Notes: generated from the letters alone by a model not told the origin. Positions 14,986 to 29,991 are shown, counted from the stretch's first letter. The stretch is DNA of 64,000 bases from the human T2T-CHM13v2.0 reference genome, Homo sapiens (GCF_009914755.1 NC_060933.1); one strand, 5' to 3'. Translations and numbers: made by a program.

Positions 14986-15710
14986 ATTCCACCCATTTGG
15001 AAGTTTTAAAACACTCCTTTAAGCAACTTTTCATTTAAAGAAAAAGTAAAAACTGGATTTATACATTATTTAGAAAGCAAATAACTATCACAACCTATAG
15101 GATGAAGTCAAATTACATCAGACAAAAATTTATATTCTTAAATGTTTTCATTATTAAGCAAGAAAAACAAAATATAATAAACATTAAGTTTAAGAAGCCA
15201 GAAAAGAAACAAAAATTTTTAAGAAAAACTGATACAAGGGATTAATGAGGATAACATAAAAGATTTACAAGCCTAAAAGGTAAAATCAATAAAAATGTAT
15301 ATTCACACATAAAATAATACTTTTGAAAGTTATTACAATTTACCAACCTTCTCTGCTTAATCTGAAAAAGAAAATAAATATTTGGAAGAGAAGATATAGA
15401 TAACCACAGCCATGGAGCTTTTTAAATTGAATAATACTCTGTACAATTTTGTGTTAATATAATAATAAAGTGAACAATATTCTCAAAAAAATAGATATTA
15501 CCACAATTTGCTCAGGAACTTAAAAACTTATGTAAACTAATAACTAGAAAATAATTGGGAAAAGTTGCCAAAAATGGTAATAATATTTGTAGTGCCTACT
15601 ATGTGTTCTGCTTTATACTAGGTGCTTTATCTATTATCCCTGACATACAACATTGTAAGATAGGTATTATGATCTATATCATTGTATCTCCATTTCACCC
15701 TGTGTTTCCC

Positions 15711-16484
<774 letters not shown>

Positions 16485-16775
16485 TTACATTCTGCTGTTA
16501 TCATTTGTCTTCCCTACTAAATTCCAAGCACTACAAGTACAGGGACTGTGTTCACCATAAGCATCCTCATATTCCTAGAACTGACATTCACATAAAGCTT
16601 CTCACATAAATGTAACTCAATAAACAACTGATTGAAGCAATGAGAACACTGGGAGTAACCATAGTATAATATAACATAGAAAAATTACCGTACAGTCTCA
16701 CTTATTTATATAGATACAAAAATCCTATCTAATGCAAATATCCCTGTACATCTAATCCTACCTAATGCATATATC

Positions 16776-17140
16776 TGTACATTCATTCAGGCTGCTATAA
16801 CAAAATACCATAGACTAGATGGCCTATAAACAACAAAAATTTATTTTTCACAGTTCTCAAGGCTGGGAAGTCCAAGATCAAGGCGTTGGCAGATGTAGTG
16901 TCTGGTGAGAGTCAGTTGCCTGGTTCATAGATGGTGCCTTCTCACTGTGTCCTCACATGGTGGAAGGGGATAGCTAGCTCTCTTGGGTCTCTTTTATAAG
17001 GACTCTACTCCCAATCATGAAAGCTCTGTCTGCCTCACCGAATCACACGCCAAAGGTCTCACATTCAAATACCATCACCCTGGAGGTTAGAATTTCAACG
17101 TATGAATTTTGTGGGGGACAAAAACATTCAGACCATAGCA
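16776..17140 (-). mobile_element. MLT1A0-like MaLR solo LTR
   Basis: ggctgctataacaaaataccatagact...acattcagaccatagca. Confidence 0.88.
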
Positions 17141-17480
17141 CTAAGAAACCTCATATTATCGAGAACTATGTTATAAAACAATTCTTTCAATAGGTAGAAT
17201 GAGAAGACTCACAAGAACAAAGTTACCTTCCTGAAAAAAAAGTTTAATAATTTTTAATAGAAAAAAAAAGTCTAGCTATAGCAAACAAATACCCTGAACA
17301 AATGTAGCATTTGATTATGGTATGTGCTCAAGTAAAGCCTTTTCCTGTGTCTTCCAGCACTGTCACTAGCCCAGGACTTCTTATATACACTTACCAATGT
17401 TATCGCCTTTGCCAGACCACTTTTCCTTTTTTCTTGTACTATTTCTATCAGTAAGCTGATGACTTCAGCTGTCACCCTTG

Positions 17481-17812
17481 TAGTACAAGACCATGGCTTT
17501 TGTCTGCCAGCACCTCCTCTGACCCTTTTTGGTAACAGATCCACCCCTGAGGTAGAGAACCCATGATGCAGGCTGGGCCTGTGAGATTACTCCTGGCTCC
17601 AGCCACTATGTTTGGTCCAAGGAGTGAGCACTAAGTGAAAATAAGTGAGTCCACCACCCAGAGAGAAAGCATGCAAGCGTCTCATGCTAGTTCCCAATCC
17701 TGAGGTCTTACTGTACAGCCATTAATTCAAGTCTGTGATGTTCCCAATAGCCTCTCAATGAATCCTTTTACTGTTGTTCAAATCAGCCTGGGTCTCCTTC
17801 TGTTACTTACAG
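17481..17812 (+). mobile_element. Old MLT1 (K/L-like) LTR fragment
   Basis: 3' motif gttcaaatcagcctgggtctccttctgttacttacagc; weak internal similarity. Confidence 0.45.
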
Positions 17813-18769
17813 CAGGGGAAACCCATTAATTAATAGATCTACTATTTTGTGATAAATCATAAAGCCATTCAAACCAAATAAGAGGGTTTTTTCTCCTTCT
17901 CTATTTCCCTTGCAATATTAGCTCCTGATATCAACGGTGCCTTGGGCTGTCAGTCTAATGCAAAATACGTTTCCTAAATAATGCACCACGTTGTATCCCG
18001 TTTGCCTCAGGAAAATGTGTGCTGCATTAGAGAAATACCAGCAGTAGATGAAAAGGATGACCTGTCAGAGATTAAACTTAATTTTGGTTTATTTCTCTGT
18101 CTCCTCTTCCAAATGACAGTGAGAGGACATACATATTCTCCCTTGGAAAATGAATTTCTTCTAAAGCAGAAAATGGTTGGAGGGAGCTAGGAAATAGGCA
18201 TATTTAAGATACTTGTGTTATACAAATCTAGGACCCCATTAGGTAATAAAGCTCTTACTGTCTTTATCAGAGAGGAGATAATTGTTAGATGTTTCTGTTA
18301 AAGTGTCAAAATAAAAAGGAGTATGATAGGTGATCTGGGGGCTTTCAAAAGACAATTCTGGTCTCAATCATGGGTTCTGACCCTCTTTTATTATCACTCC
18401 TGGGGCAGTGATGATATCCAGTGTCTCATTTTTGGTAGGTTAAATGGACAGATACTATCACTCTGTTCTTTGTTAGTATCAATGAACAGAAAGCTATCTC
18501 AATTTTTGAACAAATGCTTCTCAATGAATGTTTTTAAGCATTACATGTCTCATTTGTTGTAAAAAATATTTCTGGGAAAAGTATACAAATATTTCAGTGT
18601 GCCTTAGTTGAGATTAATAGTTAATAGTCACGATTGGTTGTTTCCATCTTTTTCCCAAGGCAGAGAGAGAAAAAATATAATTAAATGTGTCTTAAACTTA
18701 TGGAGGGTTCAGGCATATAAGGGGAATTTGGAGAAGGTTTGTCCCAAAAGACTCTTAAAAGCTGGTTAG

Positions 18770-19282
18770 AACTGAATCAAATGTATACATTTGCTCACCA
18801 AAAGTCAAGAAGAAAAATGTTCATGATACCCCCAAACAGAAACAATGCAATGCCCATCACCAATAGAATGAATAAATGGATTGTGGTATAGTCACACAGT
18901 GGAATACCGTACAACAATAAGAATGAAAAATCTGTACCTACACTCAACATATGTCATACTCATAAATATAATGTGGGGTAAAAGAAGCCAGACATAGAAA
19001 TTGCCAACTGTATGATTCCATATATATAAAATTTAAAACCAGGCAAAACTGATCTATGCTGTTAGGATTCAGCTTAGCAGTTACCTTTGCAGGGGATGAG
19101 TAGTGATCAGAAAGAGGTTACAAGGAGGGTAGTGGCACTTCTGGTGTCCAGGTGATGTTCATCATCTTAATGCAGGTACTGGCTACACTGATGTGTTCCC
19201 TTTGTATAATTGATCAGTCTGGAAACCTATCATTTGTGCTCTTCTCTGCATGTATGCAGCACTTTATTGTAAGTTTTTTTAA
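18770..19282 (+). mobile_element. L1ME-type 3' end
   Basis: aatagaatgaataaatggattgtggtatagtcacacagtggaatac...actgtatgattccat...aggcaaaactgatctatg. Confidence 0.8.
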
Positions 19283-20506
19283 TTGACAGGAGGAATAATG
19301 AAGAACAAGCTGGTGCTGGGAGCAGGTTAGTCTTCCTAAAAAAAGCTTGGGGGTCCCAACCTTTCTTATTTTATGGCACACACAGGCCATGATAAAATTT
19401 GAACACATCGGGGGGTAAACAAAGAGGTTGGTTAAAGCCTGAAACTGCACTAGAGACTCCATTTGTTGTAACAGCGCTACCCAAGTCTCTCACTATACTA
19501 CTGCTTTCCAGATTGCTTTTTCCTGGAGAATATCTGTTTCAAATTATTGTACCCATGTGTTTTGGCTTCCTTTACTTCAATTTGAGTCACATCTGGCTAT
19601 CTTCTGCCTATATTCCTGATCCCAGTTTGCTTTTGTATTGCTTTTCTATCTTCACTGGAGCTTTCAACATCTTTCACTTTTGCATCCTCCAAGCATTTCA
19701 TTAAACCAGTTATATGCGTTTTCCAATGAACTCAAAGAAAACAGTCAACTAGTCATTAGAAACCCCAGCTTCATTTCTGGCTTTAAGCAAGTTATTTGCC
19801 TTCTTTGGGTATGATCTGTGGATTGGGGTAACCATTTTCTTAGCTTCCACAGAGGAGTGCCTGCAGAAAGGTAAAGACATACACATATGTTGAGCCTTGA
19901 GCTTCCAAAAGGTATAAAAGAGGAAATTCATTCTGAACTAGGAAGGCACTGCAGGCTACCATCATCAGAACTTAGATCTCGAGATTCATCCACTTATTTG
20001 CTCCTGTTGGTTGTTACATCAAAATATTCATGGGTTCTGTCCCTCACATTTGTCTATCCAGTCATTTGGGTCTTTGATTTGACCTCTGTAAAAGAACCCT
20101 TGCTATGTTACTGGTCTATAATTAGACTTTTCTGTTCTAGCCTACAATCCTTTGGATTTCTAGTGCTCCATCCAACCAGTCTGGCTCCATAAAACACTTT
20201 CACCACCACCACAACCCACACACACGTGTGTGTGCTTGTGTCGGAATGTGTGTCCTTGTGTTGGGAGCACTAAAACCCACCCTGGAAGAGTCTCTACTCT
20301 ATATCTAGAATGTTCTTAAGTGAGGGGTTTCTAAACTTGAATTTTATGAATGAGAAATTTATAACAGGGTAATTGTTGTAAGATTGTTCCTTGGAGTGCT
20401 AATGTCCTGTGAAGTTCTAGTTCTGATGTTGAATATGGTAGTCATTTATTCAAGTTCATACAGGACTGAGCCAAAGAAGGGTGCCCATATCTTTTAATGC
20501 CTAGTT

Positions 20507-20690
20507 ATGTTAGTTTTCTCTGCTATGTAACAAATCACCACAAATTTAGCAGCTTCAATCACACATGTATTTCTTATCTCAGTTTCTATAGGTCAGAAGA
20601 CCAGGCCAAGCTTAGCTGGATTCTCCACTACCGAGTCTCATCAGGCTGCAATCCAGGTGTCTGCGAGGAATGCAGCCTCATTAGAGGCTC
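20507..20690 (-). mobile_element. MLT1 (D/E-like) LTR fragment
   Basis: tgctatgtaacaaatcaccacaaatttagcagcttc...tctcagtttctataggtcagaag. Confidence 0.7.
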
Positions 20691-22719
20691 AGAGTCATTG
20701 GGAACCCAAGCAGAATGATTTTGTGTATGCAGCAATCCTATTGATGAAGTGCTGAGGGCTTAATTCACTTTAACAAAATCAGAGAGTCAGAGGATTGAGA
20801 AAGGACAAGAATTAGGGAAATATATGATCTCTGTCATTGTATGTGAGGGTGAGAGAAATAGGAAAGGAAGTAAATGTACAATCCCCTATTTTTGAGTTAC
20901 TCAATGGAGTTGGGTGGCCCTCAGTCTTCCCATTAGTGGATGGTTTCAGAGAGAGACACTGTTAACACATGTGGCAGAGGCTGTGGAGAAGGCTGTGTAT
21001 ACTTGCTAGTGAGATGAGCTGAGGGAGGACTCACTCCTACCAGCAGGCAGATGCTGACAGTATAACACAGGCTTCCATTGAGATGTGGGAAGTGCACTGG
21101 AAGTCTGCAGCACAGAGATCTGTTCCCAATGCCAGTGCTGGAGTTGGACACTGACTTTAGAAGAAAGCAAAGAGTGAGACCTTCTGAGTAAATCACCTAG
21201 GGCTGAATTGTACTTCTACAGCCACTTTGGTATTGCTTCCTCAAGACTAAGCCAATCTTGGAGATTATAATAAAATGTCCTCGGTTGAATGGACCCATTC
21301 TGTGCCAAGTTTCTCCTAACTGGCAGGTTGCGCTTATGTTAAGCTATTCTTAATAGTGCCTTCGTTGGTAGATTATTAAACTTTAGGTGAATCAACAGTA
21401 GCTCTTCCTCAGGAAGATCAATGACCGTTGGCACAGGATAATTAACTCAGAACACTTGTATTTCCTGTTCTGCATCTGTGTGGCCTTTGGACGGTAGCAC
21501 ATTTGGCAGGGCATATGAAGAAATATTGAGAGTCCAAGACTGAAAATTTACTAGACTTGCTCTTGGGTCCAGCTGTACCACAATTAGCCTTGTGATATTT
21601 GTTTGTCAATAAACAATTTCATAATTTCTTTCCATCTCAACTGTAAAATTAGTATTCATATTAAGAGTGATTAAGTGCTCTTCATATATCCAGCACTATA
21701 CTATACACAATTCGAGCTTTGGAGAGTCTATCCTACCTACCATACAGGGTTGAAAATATCTAATGAGGTGGCTTCTATGCTTTGAGAAAGTGTAACATGC
21801 TATATAAGTGTAATTTATTATTCCTTTTACTGAAGAAATAGTTCAGTATTATTTACTAAAGAATAATTCCTTTTACATGCTGATTCCTATAGTTAATTTT
21901 TTTTTTCTCCTCATAACATGATGGCTTCCAAGTATTTCTCACTGATTTCCCATCCCAAGGAAATGTCTGGTTGTTTAGGTCAATGACTGCAACCTATAAC
22001 ATTGTCACATAGAGAAATGGAAGTCATTCTTTCCTTCTTTGTCATTCTATCTTCCCAGACTCTGACTACTTTCGGCCCTCATTAAAAGGGCTTGGTGGAA
22101 AAGTAATACCTTTGTTTCATCACCACCTCGGATGCACCCCCGTGCTGACTCCAAACAGCTCATGTTCACTAAAATTGAGCTTTCCTCTTATTCTCACATA
22201 TTCAATCAGAGCTCCATATGGGTAAGCAGGAGATCCCAGATGGCCTGACCACTTCCTGGATCAGAAAGCTTCTCAGTATATAAAATAGAAATCTCTTTGA
22301 TGATCCATGTATTTGTCAGGATTTGTTACACAACACATGTCCCAGGGAAGTCTCCTGTGATTTCCAGCACCTCTATCATAAACCCAGAAAGGCAGTTGGT
22401 TGGTTTGTTTGTTTATTTAGCTTTCACTTGGGCAGTTGGTTGCAGAGTTTCCTATTTCTTTTTCTTCTGCATGTCTCATCTCCTAACTTAGAACGCTGTC
22501 ACGATGGCCTTACTTTTAAAAGCACGTGAATGCTAAGATCCAGGATGGAGTGCTGATTCTCTACAGTTCTTCTTTGAGATATATTTCTCATCATTTTTCA
22601 GAGTTCCCCAACCCTCACCTATCTAAACGAAAAATATCAAGTCTAAAGAACTTTCACCTCTAAAGGAAATGACCAATACTCAATTAACCTAAGCAAAATT
22701 TATTCTTCTTTCTTAAAAC

Positions 22720-23170
22720 ATATGTATTCCTTTACAAAAATGTGCTGAATTCTTTCTATGTGTGACACTGTTCTAGGTGCTTAACCTACAGAGTTTACAA
22801 AATAGGCAAAAAATTCTGATTCTTCTAAGCATTCTTATCCTTATCACCAGAGCTTATAGAGTGGTGAGGAAGAGAGACAGTGAACATAATCAGAAGCAGA
22901 ATCAGAAGAAGAAGAAAACATTTTTTAAAGATATCATGCTAATTGCGATAAGTGCCATGGAGAAGATAAGAGTGACATGGAGTGTCAGGGTGGGGGGTGC
23001 AATTTGAAATTGTAAACACTAATAATAGACTGTGGGAGACAAGTGTAGAAGCAGAAAGCTAATCGTGGCTTAGGATACAGTGATAGCAGTAAGAGTGATG
23101 AGAAGTGGCCATTTTCTGGGCTTATTTTTAAGTTAGAACCAACAGAAATGTTGGTAAGTTGAATTTGAGA
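22720..23170 (-). mobile_element. L2 fragment
   Basis: ctatgtgtgacactgttctaggtgct...gagcttatagagtggtgaggaagagagac. Confidence 0.6.
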
Positions 23171-25132
23171 AAAAGAAAAGAAAGTTACCATGAAAGAAAC
23201 TAATTTAGGTGAAAAAATAAAACAAACAAACAAGACTTGTTTTGAATGATGAGGACAGAGGAGTTGTCAGATGTTAAGAGGAGAAGGTATGACATAATAA
23301 GTTAATGGTGAAAAGGGAAGGAGAAAAGAAAGATTTAAAACCATACTAAATGGTAGTTATCTAAAATTGAAAAAATGTAAGTTCTCAGATTGGAAGTGCA
23401 TCCTCAAGTCTTGAACAAAATATATAAAAATAAATCCACAACTAGATACACTGTAACAAACCGGCAGAACATCAAAGAAAATGGAAGATGTTTAAAGCTC
23501 TCAGAGAGCAGACTTTTCCTTAACTACAGTCAGTGCCAAAAATAACAGAATAATATCTTCAGTGCTGACAGGAAGTAACTGTCAACCTGCAATTTCATGT
23601 CCAGTCTTTCAACTGTATTGACAAAATAAAGGTATTTTCTACCCAGCAAAGACTTTGAGTATTTATTGCCCACAGACACTCAGGAAGGAAATTATTAAGA
23701 TTTACCTCAATTAGAAGAAAAGTGAACCCAGAAAAAAGAAATGAAACAGTGAGAACAGAAAATAAATAAAAATAATTAAGTATTTTGAATTTTTGAAGAT
23801 ACAACAAAAGCTCTAAACAAAAAGCTGGGAGTGGGGGCATTGCTCATTGGTAGTAAAAGTAGGCTAAGATCTTGTTATATCTGGCAAGAAAATATAAATA
23901 TTAAATAACGAAATAATGGTAGAAAATGTATGGTTAAATATTTTGTTAAACATGTAAGAGTGACAACTAAAATAATGGGAAAATAATCTAGCTTATGAAA
24001 CAGGAGGAAGGAGAAAAGAATGTAGAAACTGTATTGGTGTACCAGAAGAAAGGGAGTCAAAAAAAAATAAGCAAGAAAAAAGAAGACCAATAGAAAACCT
24101 AAAATGAAAGGATAGAAATAAACTCAAATACAGCAGAAAACAATCAACGTAAGTATTTAAGCTTACCTAATAAAAAGCAAAGTTTAGTATTGACAGTGTT
24201 TTGTAGGCAATTAAAACTAGATTTTGTTTTGGTATCCCATCTGGTAATTTCTGTTTTAGAGAATAAAAGACAAGGCAAATATCCAACTAATTTTATATCA
24301 ATGTTTGTATCACATTGATTCAAAACTAGACAAACTGTTAAAAGAAAAGGATATATTTACAAACAGACGCAAAATCTTAAATAAAGTACTAGCAAATGAT
24401 CTGGCAGAGTGTAAAAACCAAACGAGGTTTATCTCAGGAATATAAGAATAGTTCAATAGAAGAAAATCTATGCCATACCCCTTAAGTACAGATTAAAGGA
24501 GATTAGTATATAATTATTTTAGTAGATGCAAAAAATGATGAAATGTGATATTTGTCAAGATTTTTAAAAAATCGCTGCCAACTAGAATTATAAATGATAA
24601 GGGAACTTCCTTAACACTGTAAAACTACAGCAAGCATTATCTTAATAAAGCATTTCACCTGCTGTGACAGCTTCGCTTTAATACGGTAATGAAGTCCTAA
24701 CTTATTAAATAAGAAGAAAAAAAAGCAGCATTAAACTTGGAAAGGCACAAGCAAACCTCTACTTATTTGTAGATGATATGATTATCTAGGAAATAAAAAA
24801 GAGTCTATACAAAGTTAAAATCAAAAAGAAAGTTTAAGGTTTATACAAAAATCAGTAGTGTTCCTACTGATTGTGGATTAGCAATAACCACATGGAAATG
24901 TAATAGACAAAAAAAGATGCCACTCTAAACATCAATAAAATGTAAAAGACACCTGGGGTAAATCTAAGAAAAGATATACTATAACTTTATGGAAGAAGCT
25001 TTAAAACAGCATTGAAGTACATAGAAAAACACCTTAATAAATGAACATAAATACCACATTCATTGATGGAAAGATCCAATATCATAAAGATATCATCTTT
25101 TCAAATTGATATATAAATTCATTTTCAATAAA

Positions 25133-25236
25133 AGCCGGGCTCACACCTCTAATCTCAACACTTTGGGAGGCCAAGGTGGGAGGATCAATTGAGGCCAGTA
25201 GTTCAAGACCATCCTGGTCAACACAGCAACAACAAC
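25133..25236 (+). mobile_element. Alu left monomer (FLAM/AluJ fragment)
   Basis: ctttgggaggccaaggtgggaggatcaattgaggccag. Confidence 0.8.
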
Positions 25237-25586
25237 AGAAAAATCCCAACTGAAATTTCCATGTAATTTAAAAAGCTGATCCTAAAATGTTTGTGGAAGA
25301 AAACTGAGAAGAAGATCTTGAAGAACAAAATGAATAGTTTGGTGCTATCAAATATAATTTATCATAAAGCTTAGCAATAAAAGAGTAAGCTATTGGTGCA
25401 GGTGAATAGACAAATACATCAATGGACTAGGATAGAAAGACCTAAAAACAGGCCAGTGTACATGGGAAAAATGGATATATAGTGGATGTGGCTTACAAAT
25501 TGGTAAGGATAAGACAGATGATTATTTAATAAATGGTGCTAGAATAATTGGTTATTTAGGTGGAAAACAAAACAAAATTATGTACC

Positions 25587-25952
25587 TGTATTAGTCTGTT
25601 TTCACACTGCTATAAAGAGCTACCTGAGACAGTAATTTATAAAGAAAAGAAGCTTAACGGATTTACAGTTCTGCATGGCTGAGGAGGCCTCAGGAAACTT
25701 ACAATCATGGTGGAAGGCGAAAGGGAAGCAAGTACCTTCTTCACGTGGAAACAGGAGAGAAAAAGTGAGAGAGTGAGGAATGAACTGACAAACACTTTAA
25801 ACCATCAGATCTCATGAGAACTCACTCACTATAACAAAAACAGCATGAGGAAACTGCCCTCATGATCCAATCACCTCCAACCAGGTCCCTCCCTTGACAC
25901 ATGGGGATTACAATTCAAGATGAGATTTGGGTGGGGACACAGAGCCAAACAA
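25587..25952 (-). mobile_element. THE1D-like MaLR solo LTR
   Basis: tgtattagtctgttttcacactgctataaag...gagatttgggtggggacacagagccaaac. Confidence 0.9.
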
Positions 25953-26426
25953 TACCTTTTCTATACCAAGAAAACCTCAGAGATGAATAAAGCTCTAAAT
26001 ATGACAAATAAAAATTTAAAATGTTTAGAAGAAAATAAGGTAGAATGTCTTTATGTCTTCAAGCTAGATAAGGATTTCTTATCTAGTTGCGAAAAGGAAA
26101 TCTCACTGAGCCACAAACACGATGAGTTGCCCAATTTGAATACTATCAGAGAAATTCAATTTACAACAGTAATAACACATCCAATCATAACCATAAGTTT
26201 GGCAAAAATTAAAGCCTGAAAACACTGACAAGTATTGACATGGAAGTCATAAAACCAGAGCTCTCATACAATACTGGCAGAAAAAATAGATTGATTAAAC
26301 TGCTTTAGGAGCCATTTGGTTATATCTGCTATTGTAGAAGTTCATAGTCTAGCAAGTTGCCTTCAAGGTAAATCCTAGAATAGTGTTTTTAAAACTGCAG
26401 GTTAACAGATAATGCAATCAATTTAG

Positions 26427-26512
26427 GGGGAAAGGGAGAAGAGAAGAGGGGAGGGGAGGAAAAGGCAGAGAAGAAGAGGGAGGGAGGGATGGAGGGAGGG
26501 AAGAGGAAAAAA
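26427..26512. repeat. Polypurine (G/A-rich) low-complexity tract
   Basis: Nearly pure purine run. Confidence 0.85.
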
Positions 26513-26539
26513 TACCAGAATGCATCACCAGTTGGAAGG

Positions 26540-26939
26540 TGTAGTCCATGCTGTTGGGGCCCTGCCCAGATCATTTTCGTGGGGCTAATGGATTCACCCC
26601 TAACTGCTGTATTAGCTGCTAACTGCTCACAGCTGCCCTCATTTCCACAGCTTGCCCTTGGCTGATGGGAGCTACTTCAACTAGAAATGTCTGGGAGCTT
26701 GCACTCTTCTCTTGACCCCACCAAGCAGCCAATGACTACAAATAAGAGGTATGAAAGTCAGGGGCCCCCTCCTCCACAATTTCCTGAGGGATCAAGCTGA
26801 GGCAAGACCTCAGAGGAAACCACATCTTTGCTTAGCTCTTTCCTCTATTCTGTCCTGCTCCTCTTTCTTCCTTACAGGTTTTCCCTAGCACAAGAAAGTC
26901 TGTCTCAGGCTTTGCTGCTAGGGAACCTGACCTAAGAAA
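26540..26939 (+). mobile_element. LTR16 (ERVL) solo LTR
   Basis: tgtagtccatgctg...gggaacctgacctaaga; 5-bp TSD GAAGG at 26535-26539 and 26940-26944. Confidence 0.85.
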
Positions 26940-27703
26940 GAAGGGTACATATTTTTAAGTGCTTGTGTATGTATATTGAGTTATAATGTAAAATGTATTT
27001 TTAGAAATTTGAATGCTTCTGCTCTAGGGAGAATCTTTCAAACTTACACAAGGAAACATGTATAACAATGCACATTGTTGTGGCAAAAATTCGGCAACAG
27101 TCTAAATGTCTATCAGTAGGAGCATGGATAAATGGGTATGGAAACAATAAATCCTACTCTCATAACTACTTTTGGGGAGGAGGAAGGGAATGAAAGTCAA
27201 AGGGGATATGCAGGAATTTTCACTTGTATCTAAAATATTGTCTTTATAATTTTTCTAAGAAATGTGAAAAAATTCAACTTTATTAAAGCTCGGAAGTGAG
27301 TGGGTACATTAATGTTTGTGATATCTTCTATACTATATATATTATATATATATATAATTTCATTTAAAGAAAGCAAGATGTGAGAGCTCTAAATCCTCAC
27401 TCAAACCCATTCTACTTATCTCCCTGATGCACTCCTGTGGAATACACATACATGAGGAAGTCATTTGTTTCCTCCTTTTTGACAATAAAAAATATGTAAG
27501 TTGTATTTCCTTTCATTGATCTTTATTCCAAAGATAGTCATGGGAGAACTGTTAGATGTTAATAATAATAAACCATATGGGTCTTTATGGTTAGCTTGTG
27601 CTCTCAATGGCCATGGGTCTGAGGATATTGTTTCCCAGCATTTGTTCCTCTTGTTTACTCTCCCAAATCCTTTAGAAAGTGAGAAACATAGTATGTACAT
27701 ACA

Positions 27704-27782
27704 TAGGAAGGAGAGAAGAAGGGAGGAAGAGAGAGAGGGAAGAATGAACAAAAGGAAAGTGAAAGTGAAGGAAGGAGGAAAC
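27704..27782. repeat. GA-rich low-complexity tract
   Basis: Read directly from sequence. Confidence 0.8.
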
Positions 27783-29257
27783 GGGATCATACAGTTTGTC
27801 AATGAAAACCCTGAAACTGTGGAGATGGTTGCTCCTTTCAGTTCCTAAGGATGAATCAGAATCAACCACATTGGAGAAAGTTCCAGCAGCCAATTATATT
27901 CTAGCTGTGGGTTGTTTCTTTTTTTCTATTTGTTTTATGAATATGCAAGGAAATTGAGGAAAAGATAGTCTTCTTCCATCTCCCATTGCAGCTCCACACA
28001 CCATAGTGCCATAAGAAAAGGCTTCCCATTTTTCTGTCAAAAGCATCCAAAAACCATGTATTTTCTTCCAGCTCATTTTGGCTTAAGGTGAAGCATATGG
28101 GAAATTTGCAGATCAAGTCCATCAGCCAGACATCAGTCGGTAATGATTTGTGGCCATGTACGTATAAAGAGACCATAGTTGTCCATTAACTGCATACATA
28201 TGGCATCTGGGAATGTAAACTCACAGCCTTTACCTTCAAAACCACATGCTAACCAGGGAGGTAAAACCGTGGTTCACAACATGTGGGTTGTGACCCTGAG
28301 TAGTCTGCCAACATTTGGCAGGTGGGCGGCCAGAGATGAATTGTGTGCCTACTGCAATTTCCTTTCTTTGGGGCTCCCTTGGGTGTATGTGTGCACATAT
28401 TCTCTTGGCTATAATATAGACCTGACATGAAGCTGGAGCAATACCTGATGAAGACCTGAAACAATACACATTCATATTCCTGTCTCGTCATCTAGTGGGC
28501 ACATTCTTCCATCTGTCTTTATTTTAAATACATTACATATATATGTTTACATATTGCATGGGCCTCTGCAACTTGTGTAATCTCTATCAATCATGAGTGT
28601 GTATTACAACCCCTACGGGGAAACCTGACTGTTTGCAAATAGAGATACATCCAGCCAGCGAAGTAGGCTCTGACTATCATTAGGGAAATAATTTAGGACT
28701 AAAGTATTTGTTCTGATTTGTGCTAACAGGGAGGAACCTAATGGTAAGAACAAACTTGAATAGCTGTCTTCCTTGTCCGTCCCAAATCCTTTCTAAGGGA
28801 TTAATTGCATTGTTCATTCTCTAAATCCAAACACTGGTGGTAACTTTATCTCAGCGTTAGTAACAAATCCCTTTTAGACTGTTTATGCTCTCGTTGGCTC
28901 TGAATGGCCTTGACAGGTTGCCTTTTTGAAAATGGTCAGATTTTCCTAACTGCCATGACACACAGACTCAATTGTTTTAAAATATGAATATGATATGTTG
29001 ACTCTGCTGCTGGAGTCAATGAAATATTTTAACTATGGTTTGCCAATGAAAATCTTTGATTTGTTTATGGTTTCTTTGGTATGTGATGGTGTGTAACCTC
29101 ACTTTTCTTCAGAGCCATGATCCTGTACTAACTTGGCAAGTGGTCCACACTTACTTGCATCATCTTTGTGGTGTTTTAATACCCAACTGGCCTCAAGAAT
29201 ATTTAATGATAGCTCAACCATGTGAGGTGAAGGTCTCATGGAGAACTAAAAGCATAA

Positions 29258-29338
29258 TCACACAATTTCTAAAGAAAAGGCTTACACATTTTCTGAAGAA
29301 AAGGCTCACACATTTCTAAAAAAAAAAAAAAAAAAGGC
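29258..29338. repeat. 24-bp tandem triplication; third copy carries A18
   Basis: t(c/t)acacaWtttctRaagaaaaggc x2, then tcacacatttct-A18-ggc. Confidence 0.9.
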
Positions 29339-29991
29339 TAAGCAGAATGAAGATGACTGGAGCTGTGAGGCAACTACATTTCTGTAATGTACTATTAATA
29401 TAACAAAAATAGTGTCTCTTCTGCCCTTCTATGCCCTGCTATCAGCGTGGCCTTGGGGTATTTCAGAACAGTCTAGGCAGCCAACTATGTTCAATAGCCA
29501 CCTGAGCTCAGGCTTAAAGACTGAATCTCTAATGTTATTGCCTAAAGTTTTCCCATGTCTATTGGGATAATTGCCACCAACAAGGTCACATACACACACA
29601 TCTCCCAACAACTACCAGTAATATTCAGAGACTGGGTAGTCTGAAATACATATTTTCTTCCCAAAGGAAATGTAGTCACAGAAATTCTGCTCTATCCACA
29701 ATAAAAACAACCTGTTTCAGTTTAGCTTCTTGGAGGCCAAGTCTGGACTCTCTTCCCTCCAGAATAGAATCTTCATTTTCTCTTTGCAAAATCAAAGGCC
29801 CATTGAGGTCATTCTTCCATTAAAAACAGGTTCTATTTTTCCGCAAATCCTCACCCCTTATAACACAAACACTAGAATGTCAGAAACTGAAAAAATCCTT
29901 CACTTGCATATTCCCAGTTTACTAAATTTCAAATATTATTTTTATAGAGCTTTTTTGTCACAGGATTTGAGAATGGAATTTGGAAATGCTT

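Larger units (their letters stand above)
23370..27370 (+). mobile_element. Long, heavily decayed L1M element (ORF1 end to 3' end) with FLAM, THE1 and LTR16 inserts
   Basis: RT remnant ttatttgtagatgatatgattatct (FADDM-like) at ~24762; aataaatggtgctagaataattgg at ~25528; boundaries approximate. Confidence 0.7.

Noticed and set aside
20930-21300. Possible old LTR fragment
   Set aside because: Could not match it to any consensus with confidence
27461-27893. 113-115 aa ORFs on both strands
   Set aside because: Kept open by a stop-poor GA-rich tract; no homology recognised
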